A stretch of 64,000 bases of DNA from Synergistales bacterium (GTDB lineage Bacteria; Synergistota; Synergistia; Synergistales; JAFGMB01), in the NCBI GenBank assembly GCA_963666205.1, contig OY762654.1, positions 1-64,000 of the forward strand. The letters run 5' to 3'. The translations under genes and the position numbers were made by a program. Below, piece after piece: positions 9,093 to 17,925 of the stretch; the stretch's first letter is position 1, and each line of letters starts with the position of its first letter. The notes under the pieces are model-generated. The model searched no databases, had not been told where the DNA came from, and saw only the letters and a program-made list of their open reading frames with translations.

Positions 9093-9887
9093 ATGAAAAA
9101 CAGTAATTCCAGTTATCTTATACAATCTCTTCTGACTTCCATTGATGTACTTGACTGTTTTTCAAAGGAAGAAAAAAATCTGGGAATAAGTGAGATAAGC
9201 CGAAAACTTGGTCTAAATAAAAGTCGAGTCCACAGAATTCTTCTGACCTTGGAAGGTCGGGGTATTGTGGTAAGGAATCCCGATACCATGAAATATCGTC
9301 TTGGGCTTAAACTCTTCCAGCTTGGTCACCTTGTGGAAGAACAGCTTGAAATAAGGCACTGTGCACATCCTTTTATGGAGAAACTTGCTCTTGAAACGGA
9401 GGAGACCATTAACCTAAATATTATCTATAACGGGAAAAGAATGAGTGTAAAGAAGATAGAGAGCCGGCATGAGATCAGGCAGGCAGTTGAGCTAGGGAAA
9501 TCGATCCCTATCCATTCGGGTGCTCCTGGAAAGGTTCTTATGGCTTATCTCCCGGTAGATTCCCTCAGGCAACTACTTGAGGAGAATGAACTTACAACCA
9601 TGGGTCCCAATACCATTACAGATGGAGATGACCTTCTCATAGAACTTTCGAGGATAAGAGATCAGGGCTATTCTATAAGCTTTGAGGAAACTTATCTTGG
9701 GGCTGTTTCCATTGCAGCACCTGTAAGGGACTTTTCCGGAAGTGTTATTGCAGCTCTGAGTGTTACTGGGCCTGTTTCAAGATTTTCAGATCAAAACATA
9801 AGCCGTTTCATTCCATTGGTCATAGGATCTGCCAATTCAATCTCAGGGGCCCTTGGATACCGTCTGGAAAAAGAAGAAATACAATAG
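9093..9887 (+). CDS. IclR-family transcriptional regulator
   Basis: HTH LGISEISRKLGLNKSRVHRILLTL, Y.LG, GAPGKVLMA, IRDQGY, SIAAPV..AALSVTGP. Confidence 0.92.
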   Translation: MKNSNSSYLIQSLLTSIDVLDCFSKEEKNLGISEISRKLGLNKSRVHRILLTLEGRGIVVRNPDTMKYRLGLKLFQLGHLVEEQLEIRHCAHPFMEKLALETEETINLNIIYNGKRMSVKKIESRHEIRQAVELGKSIPIHSGAPGKVLMAYLPVDSLRQLLEENELTTMGPNTITDGDDLLIELSRIRDQGYSISFEETYLGAVSIAAPVRDFSGSVIAALSVTGPVSRFSDQNISRFIPLVIGSANSISGALGYRLEKEEIQ

Positions 9888-9928
9888 CTCATTTAGATAA
9901 ATCATCAAATTAAAGGGGATTGATACAG

Positions 9929-10231
9929 TTGAAGACAGATCAGAGCAATGGTCAGGCGGGAACTCTGGAGTCTGGAGATATACTGGTCTTTATTGATCTT
10001 ACAGTGCAGGAAAAGGGGATCAGTATTGACCTGGATAGCCCTTCCATAGTGTCCTTCGGTAAGCAGATTATTTCTGTTATTAGAAACACACTTGATAATC
10101 TCGGTGTCCATGATGCCTATGTAAAGGCCCAGGACAGGGGGGCTCTTGACTGCACTATAAGTGCTCGTGTGGAAACTGCTGCAAGAAGGGCTCTTCATTA
10201 TCCAATCGAGGAGGCTGGAAGATGTCTCTAA
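9929..10231 (+). CDS. citD: Citrate lyase-type acyl carrier protein (gamma subunit)
   Basis: AGTLESGD prosthetic-group Ser motif, FGKQI, QDRGALDCTISARVETA; likely TTG start at 9929 (ORF track 9920). Confidence 0.88.
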   Translation: MKTDQSNGQAGTLESGDILVFIDLTVQEKGISIDLDSPSIVSFGKQIISVIRNTLDNLGVHDAYVKAQDRGALDCTISARVETAARRALHYPIEEAGRCL

Positions 10232-11103
10232 AACAGTTGAGGCGCACAGCGCTATATATTCCAGGTAACGATCCTTCAATGTTGTTGAATTCCGGAATCT
10301 TTGGGGCTGATTCAGTAGTTCTGGATCTTGAAGATGCTGTATCCATAACTGAAAAAGATGCAGCCCGGATATTGGTCAGGAATACCCTGGCATATGTAGA
10401 TTTTCGCGGTGCCGAAGTAGTGGTCAGAATAAATGCGCTTTCTACACCCTATGGTCTGGATGACCTGAAAAGTGTTGTTTCTCCACGGCTGGATGCCATA
10501 AGGCTGCCAAAATGCGAATATGCTCAGGATGTAATAACTGTGAGTGAGATACTTGATCAGATGGAAACAGAAAAGGGTATGGAAAAGGGAAAAATTAAGA
10601 TCATGCCCCTCATTGAATCTGCTCTTGGTTCTTATAATGCAGTGGAAATAGCCTGTGCAGACAGCAGAGTTTCTGCCATAAACTTCGGTGGTGAAGATTA
10701 TACTGCAGATATAGCTGCACAGAGAACAAGAGACGGTATGGAGCTTCTTGATATAAGAATGAAGATCCTACTGGCAGCAAGGATCGCCCACATTGATGCC
10801 CTTGATACTGTTTTCGGAAACGTAAATGATGAAGAGGGTCTTTTAGCAGAAACAAATCTTATCAAACAGTTGGGATTTGATGGCAAGTCGATAATCCACC
10901 CTCGACAGATCAAAACAATTCATAAAGTCTTTACACCGACAGAAAAAGAAATCGCAAAAGCCAGACGGATCGTCCAGGCACTGGAAGAAGCAGAAAAAAA
11001 GAAATCAGGAGTTGTTGCCCTTGATGGCAGAATGATCGATGCTCCTGTTGTAGCAAAGGCCAGAAGAGTCATTGCCTTTGCTGAAGCTATGGGTTTAGCT
11101 TAA
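10222..11103 (+). CDS. citE: Citryl-CoA/ACP lyase-type beta subunit
   Basis: RRTALYIPG, LDLEDAV, VRIN, LIES, FGGEDY, GFDGKSIIHPRQI, DGRMIDAP. Confidence 0.92.
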   Translation: MSLKQLRRTALYIPGNDPSMLLNSGIFGADSVVLDLEDAVSITEKDAARILVRNTLAYVDFRGAEVVVRINALSTPYGLDDLKSVVSPRLDAIRLPKCEYAQDVITVSEILDQMETEKGMEKGKIKIMPLIESALGSYNAVEIACADSRVSAINFGGEDYTADIAAQRTRDGMELLDIRMKILLAARIAHIDALDTVFGNVNDEEGLLAETNLIKQLGFDGKSIIHPRQIKTIHKVFTPTEKEIAKARRIVQALEEAEKKKSGVVALDGRMIDAPVVAKARRVIAFAEAMGLA

Positions 11104-11119
11104 AAGGAGGTCTGTCATT

Positions 11120-12661
11120 ATGTTAAATGCAGCGGGAAGAGTGATACCTGAATTTATTGAAGGGATAGGTTCACTAAAACCCTTTAAAGGGGCCTTTGCA
11201 AGGGTTCCTGATGGTAAAATGAAATCTCCCCTGATTCCACATGTTACCAGGGATACGGAAAAACTTATCCCTTCACTGAGGGATGCCATCCTTGCCACGG
11301 GCTTAAAGGATGGCATGACCATCTCCTTCCATCATCATCTTCGAAATGGTGACTTTGTCGTTGCTCTGGTTCTGGATCTTATAGCTGAAATGGGTTACAG
11401 GAACATAACACTGGCCCCCACTGCTCTTTTCCCTGTTCATAAATCCATCATAAAACATATAGAAAGTGGTGTAGTAAGAGCCATTCAGGGAAGTGTAAAC
11501 GGCCCTGTAGGGAAACTAGCTTCCCACGGAGGATTTGAGGTCCCTGTCCTTTTACGTTCCCATGGTGGACGTGCCCGAGCTATTGAAGCAGGAGATCTTT
11601 CTGTTGATGTTGCTTTTATTGCAGCTCCTTCAGCCGATCGTTACGGGAATCTTAATGGATCTGAGGGACAGTCAGCATGTGGATCTCTTGGATATTGTGT
11701 TGCAGATGCCATGTTTGCAGATAAGGTTGTAGCAATAACGGATAATCTGGTTCAATATCCTCTTTTCCCCATATCCATTCCACAAAACTATGTTGACTAT
11801 GTTGTAAAGATTGATCAGATAGGAGATCCTTCAGGTATTGTTTCAGGTACCCTGAAGGTAACCAGAGACCCCCTTCGGCTTCTAATAGCAGAAAATGCAG
11901 CAAAGGTAATAGATGCTTCCGGACTCATAGAAGATGGTTTTTCTCTTCAGACGGGCGCAGGTGGTATTTCTCTGGCTGTAGCCGATTACATAAGAGAAAT
12001 CATGAAAGAAAGGGATATCCGGGGGAGCTTCGGTTCGGGAGGGATTACCGCTTTCTTTGTCCAAATGTTGCAGGAAGGACTTTTTGAGACATTGCTGGAT
12101 GTCCAATCCTTTGATATGGAAGCTGTCCGATCATTGCGGGAAAACCCTAATCATGTCGAAATGAGCGCTTCATTTTATGCTAACCCCCACAATAAGGGAT
12201 GTGCTGTCAATCAACTGGATGCAGTTATCCTGGGAGCCACACAGGTGGATACCAATTTTAATGTCAATGTCAATACTGAATCTGATGGAGTCCTCCTTCA
12301 TGGCGTTGGTGGGCACATGGATACTGCTGCCGGTGCGAATCTGACAATTATTACAACTCCGCTTCTCCGAGGCAGACTTCCAATGGTAGTTGACGATGTT
12401 CTAACAGTCACCAGTCCTGGAGAAACTATTGATGTTGTAGTTACCGAGAGAGGAATAGCAGTTAATCCACAACGTGCTGAGCTCGAGGTAACCCTTAAAA
12501 GGGCTGGACTACCTGTGGTCAATATTCATGATCTGAAAAATGAAGCGTACAGAATATCAGGAAAGCCTGAAGATCCTGAATTTAAAGATAAGATCATCGG
12601 GGTTGTTGAGTATCGGGATGGTACGGTTATTGATGTGATACGGGAAATCAAAACCTGTTAA
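11120..12661 (+). CDS. citF: Citrate lyase-type alpha subunit (CoA/ACP transferase)
   Basis: TISFHHHLRNGD, RSHGGRARAI, QTGAGG, GGHMDTAAGA, EYRDGTVIDV. Confidence 0.92.
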   Translation: MLNAAGRVIPEFIEGIGSLKPFKGAFARVPDGKMKSPLIPHVTRDTEKLIPSLRDAILATGLKDGMTISFHHHLRNGDFVVALVLDLIAEMGYRNITLAPTALFPVHKSIIKHIESGVVRAIQGSVNGPVGKLASHGGFEVPVLLRSHGGRARAIEAGDLSVDVAFIAAPSADRYGNLNGSEGQSACGSLGYCVADAMFADKVVAITDNLVQYPLFPISIPQNYVDYVVKIDQIGDPSGIVSGTLKVTRDPLRLLIAENAAKVIDASGLIEDGFSLQTGAGGISLAVADYIREIMKERDIRGSFGSGGITAFFVQMLQEGLFETLLDVQSFDMEAVRSLRENPNHVEMSASFYANPHNKGCAVNQLDAVILGATQVDTNFNVNVNTESDGVLLHGVGGHMDTAAGANLTIITTPLLRGRLPMVVDDVLTVTSPGETIDVVVTERGIAVNPQRAELEVTLKRAGLPVVNIHDLKNEAYRISGKPEDPEFKDKIIGVVEYRDGTVIDVIREIKTC

Positions 12662-12706
12662 TAAAAGTGTTCATGATGGCAGCCATGGTTATGGAGGGGA
12701 ATCTTT

Positions 12707-13591
12707 TTGGATAGATCATATTCTCAGATATCTTGGGAAATAAGTGAAAAAGCTATTCGTGGTATGTTACTTGAAGTGGCATGTACCCCCAAACCCGGGC
12801 TCGTAGATCTTACAAATAATGGTGCTAATTGTGATATGGACTTTTTCCTTTTCTGTATGAGCTCAGCTGCTATATGCCAGGATTTCTATCGCTTTGCTTT
12901 GTTGGGCATCGAATCCAGATTGCCAAATGAGGAATTTCTTAAAACCCTTCGTCAACAAGGAATGGTCACTGAGAAAAGAATGTTCCGAGCGACGGATGGG
13001 GTCAATACTCAGAAAGGTCTTATCTTCATAATGGGTGTTATCTGTGCCGTTGCCGGGAGAATGATAATGAAAGGAATGCAATTGAGCGCGAATGCTCTTT
13101 CGAAAGAGATAAGAGCCATTGCTTCAGGTATTTGCGATAGAGAACTCTTTATTCTAGCTAAAAAAATGCCGGACAGAAATCTGACGAAAGGAGAAGAACT
13201 GTATCTGAAATATGGGGTCAGGGGTATAAGAGGTGAGGTGGAGGATGGTTTGCCATCTGTTGTAGATCATGGGCTGCCTGAAATGAGAGCGGGTCTTTCT
13301 CGAGGACTTACATTGAATGATTCTATGGTTAATGCTTTGCTCCGGATCATGTCTGTTTCTGCGGATACAAACGTCATATCCCGCTCCAATTTTTCAACCC
13401 TGAAGGAAAAGGTCCAGCCTATGGCGTCAGAGGCCCTGGAGTTGGGTGGTATTGAAACTGCTAAAGGAAGAGAGTCAATATTAAAAATGGATGAGTTGTT
13501 TATATCAGAAAACATCAACCCCGGAGGCTCAGCAGATCTTCTTGCTGCTACTGTTACCATCCACTTTCTTGAAAAGGCAGGAATTATCTAG
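12707..13591 (+). CDS. citG: Triphosphoribosyl-dephospho-CoA synthase
   Basis: EV..TPKPGLVD, T.GVNTQKG, YGVRGIRGE, DTN..SR, NPGGSADLLA. Confidence 0.92.
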   Translation: MDRSYSQISWEISEKAIRGMLLEVACTPKPGLVDLTNNGANCDMDFFLFCMSSAAICQDFYRFALLGIESRLPNEEFLKTLRQQGMVTEKRMFRATDGVNTQKGLIFIMGVICAVAGRMIMKGMQLSANALSKEIRAIASGICDRELFILAKKMPDRNLTKGEELYLKYGVRGIRGEVEDGLPSVVDHGLPEMRAGLSRGLTLNDSMVNALLRIMSVSADTNVISRSNFSTLKEKVQPMASEALELGGIETAKGRESILKMDELFISENINPGGSADLLAATVTIHFLEKAGII

Positions 13592-13660
13592 GGAGAAGTA
13601 TTCTTACCAGAAGAGCGACTTAAGGCGTAAAGATAATCTAATCTGATGGAGGTGTTATGA

Positions 13661-14215
13661 ATGAACGAAAAGATTAGGGAAGCGATACCTGAAATTGGTT
13701 GGATTGTTGACAAGACTCTGCAGGAGAAAGTGGTCTCAACAATAGAAGATGGACTCAGGTCGGGGGGCTGGGAAGTCGAGGATATGGATAAGATGCCCTT
13801 TACCCTGTTGATTCCTGATTGTCCCGCCTCGCTGCTTGTTCACACAAGGTCCATCGTTCAAATGTGCAGACATATCGGAGACGTATACAACCCGATATAC
13901 CATAACCAGGGAGATTTTACCCTGGACAGGGATGTACTGATCGCTGGAGCTATTCTTCATGATGTAGGCAAGCTCGTTGAAATGGAGTTCAAGGACGGTA
14001 AGTATGTCAAATCCCAATATGGGAAGGACCTACGACATCCCTTTTCAGGTGCGGTACTAGCTGCCAGAAATGGTCTATCAAGCGATATATGTCACATCAT
14101 AGCAACTCATGCCGGGGAAGGTAATGGCAGACATCGCAGTCCTGAGGCTGTTGTTGTGCATCATGTGGATTTTATCAATTTCGAGAGCATCAAGTCTCAC
14201 CTGGGACTTCTTTAG
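13661..14215 (+). CDS. HD-domain metal-dependent phosphohydrolase
   Basis: H...AGAILHDVGK...RHPFSG...HIIATH...HHVD; RBS GGAGGTG. Confidence 0.85.
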   Translation: MNEKIREAIPEIGWIVDKTLQEKVVSTIEDGLRSGGWEVEDMDKMPFTLLIPDCPASLLVHTRSIVQMCRHIGDVYNPIYHNQGDFTLDRDVLIAGAILHDVGKLVEMEFKDGKYVKSQYGKDLRHPFSGAVLAARNGLSSDICHIIATHAGEGNGRHRSPEAVVVHHVDFINFESIKSHLGLL

Positions 14216-14271
14216 AACTTAACGTAGTCATTGTTTCGAAAATTTTCATGAACGACTCAGGAGGGGTTTAA

Positions 14272-15552
14272 ATGGGAAAAACCACAATAGAGAAAATTAT
14301 AGGCAGAGCATCCGGCAAGGATGTTAAACCCGGAGACAGGGTATGGTGCGAAATCGATATATCTTCTGCACGAGATTTTGCAGGTCCTAACTGCTGTCTA
14401 CAGTTTGACGAAGTTACAGAGGGTCGGGGTAAGGTCTGGAATCCTGAAAAGATTGCGTTTACATTCGATCTACAGGCTCCCTCCCATACTGAAAAAGTAT
14501 CAAATAATCAGAAGATAATTCGTGAATTTGCAAAAAAGCAGGGTATAGGCAAAGTATTTGATATTAACTGGGGAATTGGCCAGCATGTCATGCTTGAGAA
14601 TGGAGTAGTAAAACCTGGACATGTTGTGCTCGGTACTGATAGTCACATGAACCTGCTCGGAGGGGCTGGTATTTTCGCGACCGGTGTAGGTAATACTGAT
14701 ATCGTAGCATCGTGGATACTGGGCAAGTTATGGTTTCGAGTTCCTGAAACTGTCAGAATCTCTGTAACAGGAGAATTTCAAACCGGAGTCTGTATGAGAG
14801 ACTTCCTGACATTCCTTGTAGGAAACCTTAAAGCAGATGGACTTCTCTACAAAGCTGCAGAATTTTATGGACCAGTTATTGAAAGGTCTTCTCTTGCCGA
14901 GAGGATAACCCTCTGTTCCATGATCACTGAAATGAGTGGGAAAATAGGCCTAATCCAGCCTAATGGAGAAGTCCTAAGATGGCTTGTTGAGAGAGGCGGT
15001 GAAGATGTCAGGGAAAGTGTTGAATTTATGAAAGCTGATCAGGATGCAATATATTGTGAAGACCTTTGTTTTGATGTATCTGACCTTGAACCTCTCGTAT
15101 CTGCACCACATGCTCCAGATAACGTGAAAAAGGTTAGTGAAGTTGCAGGAACCAGGCTAGATCAGGTTCACATTGGATCCTGTACCAATGGCAGGTTTGA
15201 GGATATAACTGCAGCATTTGAAGTTTTAAAAGCTGCCGATTTCAAAATTAATCCTATGACCAGGTGCATAGTTACCCCTGCTACAAGAGAGGTTATGTCC
15301 CAGTGTGCCAGAGCCGGTTATATAGAAAAATTCATTGATGCGGGAGTTGTATTCACCAATCCTACATGTAGTCTGTGTACTGCACAGCACTATGGAGCCC
15401 TACCCTCTGATGACGTTGGTATGTCTACTACCAACAGGAACTTCCTCGGAAAAGTTGGTAAAGGAAGCAGCACTTATCTTGCCAGCCCGATGACAGCCAT
15501 GGCATCAGCTGTAAGAGGAATGATAACAGATCCCAGAGATATTCTTGGTTAA
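14272..15552 (+). CDS. Aconitase-family hydratase large subunit (LeuC/HacA-like), divergent copy 1
   Basis: MGKT..EKI, GTDSH, IGSCTNGR, CSLC, STTNRNF.G, YLASP; the usual HD/DH/HQ motifs are altered. Confidence 0.88.
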   Translation: MGKTTIEKIIGRASGKDVKPGDRVWCEIDISSARDFAGPNCCLQFDEVTEGRGKVWNPEKIAFTFDLQAPSHTEKVSNNQKIIREFAKKQGIGKVFDINWGIGQHVMLENGVVKPGHVVLGTDSHMNLLGGAGIFATGVGNTDIVASWILGKLWFRVPETVRISVTGEFQTGVCMRDFLTFLVGNLKADGLLYKAAEFYGPVIERSSLAERITLCSMITEMSGKIGLIQPNGEVLRWLVERGGEDVRESVEFMKADQDAIYCEDLCFDVSDLEPLVSAPHAPDNVKKVSEVAGTRLDQVHIGSCTNGRFEDITAAFEVLKAADFKINPMTRCIVTPATREVMSQCARAGYIEKFIDAGVVFTNPTCSLCTAQHYGALPSDDVGMSTTNRNFLGKVGKGSSTYLASPMTAMASAVRGMITDPRDILG

Positions 15553-15567
15553 AGGAGTGGGAAAGTT

Positions 15568-16080
15568 ATGGGAAGTTCTTTGATAAAAGGAAGAGCCTGG
15601 GTTTTCGGCGATGATGTTGATACTGATCTGATCTATCATAATAAATATCTGGCAGTGACAGACCCTGCGGAAATGCCTAAATATGCATTTGAATATTACC
15701 CCGGAAAAGAAAACTTTGCCAGAGAAGTGAAGGATGGAGATGTAGTAGTTGCAGGGAAAAACTTCGGATGTGGATCAAGTAGGGAACATGCTGTCTACTG
15801 CCTTAAGGAGGGAGGAATTCCTGTGGTCCTCGCGGAATCCTTCTCCAGAATCTATTACCGGAATGCTGTAAACAATGGTTATCCGGTACTTGTTGCTCCA
15901 GGAATCTCTTCTAAATTCAAGGATGGAGATGACATAGAAGTTAACCTTGATACCGGTGAAATCAAAAATCTGAGTTCCGGAGAGAAGATACATGGCGATG
16001 CTGTTACGGACCTTGAAAAAGAAATAATGGCCCATGGTGGTCTTATTCAGTATATCAAGGCCCATGCCGTGAAGGAATAG
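15568..16080 (+). CDS. Aconitase-family hydratase small subunit (LeuD/HacB-like), copy 1
   Basis: FGDDVDTD, AGKNFGCGSSREHA, SFSRIYYRN, HGGLI. Confidence 0.88.
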   Translation: MGSSLIKGRAWVFGDDVDTDLIYHNKYLAVTDPAEMPKYAFEYYPGKENFAREVKDGDVVVAGKNFGCGSSREHAVYCLKEGGIPVVLAESFSRIYYRNAVNNGYPVLVAPGISSKFKDGDDIEVNLDTGEIKNLSSGEKIHGDAVTDLEKEIMAHGGLIQYIKAHAVKE

Positions 16081-16092
16081 AGGTGGAGGAGG

Positions 16093-17352
16093 ATGGGTAA
16101 GACTTTTGCCGAAAAAGTTCTTGGCAAGGCAACTGGAAATGAAGTCTCTGCAGGTCAGATAGTCACAGTTGAACCCCATTTTTGTATGAGTCATGATAAT
16201 GCTGCGCCAATTTCAAAGATCTTCAAGGAAATTGGCGTCAATAAAGTGTGGGACAGCAGCAGACTGGTATTTATCCTTGACCATGCTATCCCGGCTCCGA
16301 CTGATAAACATGCACTGAATCACAAGGTTATTAGAGGATTTGTCAAAGATCAGGGGATCGAGCATTTTTACGATGTCATGAGCAATGGCGGTGTATGTCA
16401 TCAGGTTATGTGTGAAAAGGGGTATGCTCTGCCAGGACTTGTAATTGTTGGTAGTGATAGTCACACCTGTACTTATGGAGCTTTTGGTGCCTTCTCAACA
16501 GGCATTGGCCGAACTGAAATGGCGGCTACGTGGGCTACAGGAAAGATCTGGTTTAAAGTTCCGGACTCAATGAAGATAAGCGTGAATGGAACCTTTGGAA
16601 GGGGCGTCAGTGCAAAGGATCTGATCCTGAGGATTATGGGTGATATCCATTCAGATGGAGCAGACTATATGTCTGTTGAATTTCATGGTAAGGCTATTGA
16701 AGCTATGACCCTCGGATCCAGAATGACCCTATGTAATCTTGGTATAGAAATGGGAGCAAAAAATGCGGTCTGTCCGCCTGATACTAAGGTTCTGAACTTC
16801 ATTAAAGACAAGGCTAAGTCTGATAAATGGGAGTCAATATGGGCAGATGAAGATGCCTACTATGAAAAAGTACTTGAATATGATCTGGCAAATATCGAAC
16901 CAGGTGTAGCCAAGCCTCATACTGTGGATAACTATTCTCCCATTACAGAAGTTAAGGGTACATCCATAGATCAGGCTTTTCTGGGGACATGTACTAACGG
17001 TCGACTTCAGGATCTTGAGGAAGCAGCTGAGGTGCTTGAAGGAGGAAAAGTTGCTGTTAGAACTATTGTAATACCTGCTTCCTGGGAGATTTACAGAAAA
17101 GCAATGTCAAAAGGCATAATGGATATCCTTCTTGATGCAGGATGTATACTTGCTAACCCTGGTTGTGGTCCATGCATGGGCAATCATGAAGGGATACTTG
17201 CTCCAGGCGAAACCTGCATTTCAACGGCGAACAGGAATTTCCAAGGAAGAATGGGAAATAAGGAGAGCTATATCTACCTTGCCAGCCCGGCAACAGTAGC
17301 CGCTTCTGCCCTGAAGGGTGAAATAACTGATCCCAGGGAGGTGCTTGTTTAA
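16093..17352 (+). CDS. Aconitase-family hydratase large subunit, copy 2 (homoaconitase-like)
   Basis: CMSHDN, LDH, GVCHQV, GSDSHT, LGTCTNGR, CGPC, STANRNF.GRMG. Confidence 0.88.
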   Translation: MGKTFAEKVLGKATGNEVSAGQIVTVEPHFCMSHDNAAPISKIFKEIGVNKVWDSSRLVFILDHAIPAPTDKHALNHKVIRGFVKDQGIEHFYDVMSNGGVCHQVMCEKGYALPGLVIVGSDSHTCTYGAFGAFSTGIGRTEMAATWATGKIWFKVPDSMKISVNGTFGRGVSAKDLILRIMGDIHSDGADYMSVEFHGKAIEAMTLGSRMTLCNLGIEMGAKNAVCPPDTKVLNFIKDKAKSDKWESIWADEDAYYEKVLEYDLANIEPGVAKPHTVDNYSPITEVKGTSIDQAFLGTCTNGRLQDLEEAAEVLEGGKVAVRTIVIPASWEIYRKAMSKGIMDILLDAGCILANPGCGPCMGNHEGILAPGETCISTANRNFQGRMGNKESYIYLASPATVAASALKGEITDPREVLV

Positions 17353-17849
17353 TGAAAGTTAAAGGAAAGGTCTGGAAATATGGAGATGATGTGAACACTG
17401 ATGTCATTTTCCCGGGGAAATACACATATACTGTTCTCGATCCCGCAGAAATGGGCAAATATGCTTTGGAGGACCTTGATCCCGAGTTTGCACGAAAAGC
17501 TCAACCTGGTGATGTGATTGTAGCAGGAAAGAACTGGGGATGTGGTTCATCCAGAGAACAGGCTGCAACCTGTCTGACATCCTTAAAAGTCGGAGCAGTT
17601 GTAGCCAGGAGTTTTGCCCGTATATTCTACCGCAATGCAATTAACCAGGGACTACCTGTTATTCAGTCCCCTGCTGCGGTAGCTTCCATTGAAGCTGGTG
17701 AGCAAATCGAAATAGATTTTGAGAATGGACTCATCAGGACAGATCAGGGTAAGGAATTTGCTTTTGCACCCATTCCAGAATATGTCAGGGGAATACTTCA
17801 GGATGGTGGCCTTGTTGAACATATAAGAAAAAGCCTGGGGCTGGATTGA
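17352..17849 (+). CDS. Aconitase-family hydratase small subunit, copy 2 (homoaconitase-like)
   Basis: NTDVIFPGKYTY, NWGCGSSREQAA, SFARIFYRN; TAATG coupling to the large subunit. Confidence 0.88.
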   Translation: MKVKGKVWKYGDDVNTDVIFPGKYTYTVLDPAEMGKYALEDLDPEFARKAQPGDVIVAGKNWGCGSSREQAATCLTSLKVGAVVARSFARIFYRNAINQGLPVIQSPAAVASIEAGEQIEIDFENGLIRTDQGKEFAFAPIPEYVRGILQDGGLVEHIRKSLGLD

Positions 17850-17925
17850 TCTACTATGGTTATTCAGAAGTTAGATCATTAAAGGTTATCAGCCATTAAT
17901 ACATGGGACTAAGGAGGGGATATAA

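Noticed and set aside
9929-13591. Ordinary citrate fermentation operon
   Set aside because: citC, citX, a citrate carrier, oxaloacetate decarboxylase and the usual cit regulators are absent, and hydratases plus a dehydrogenase would be unnecessary. A citrate or citramalate substrate is not excluded, only less favoured.
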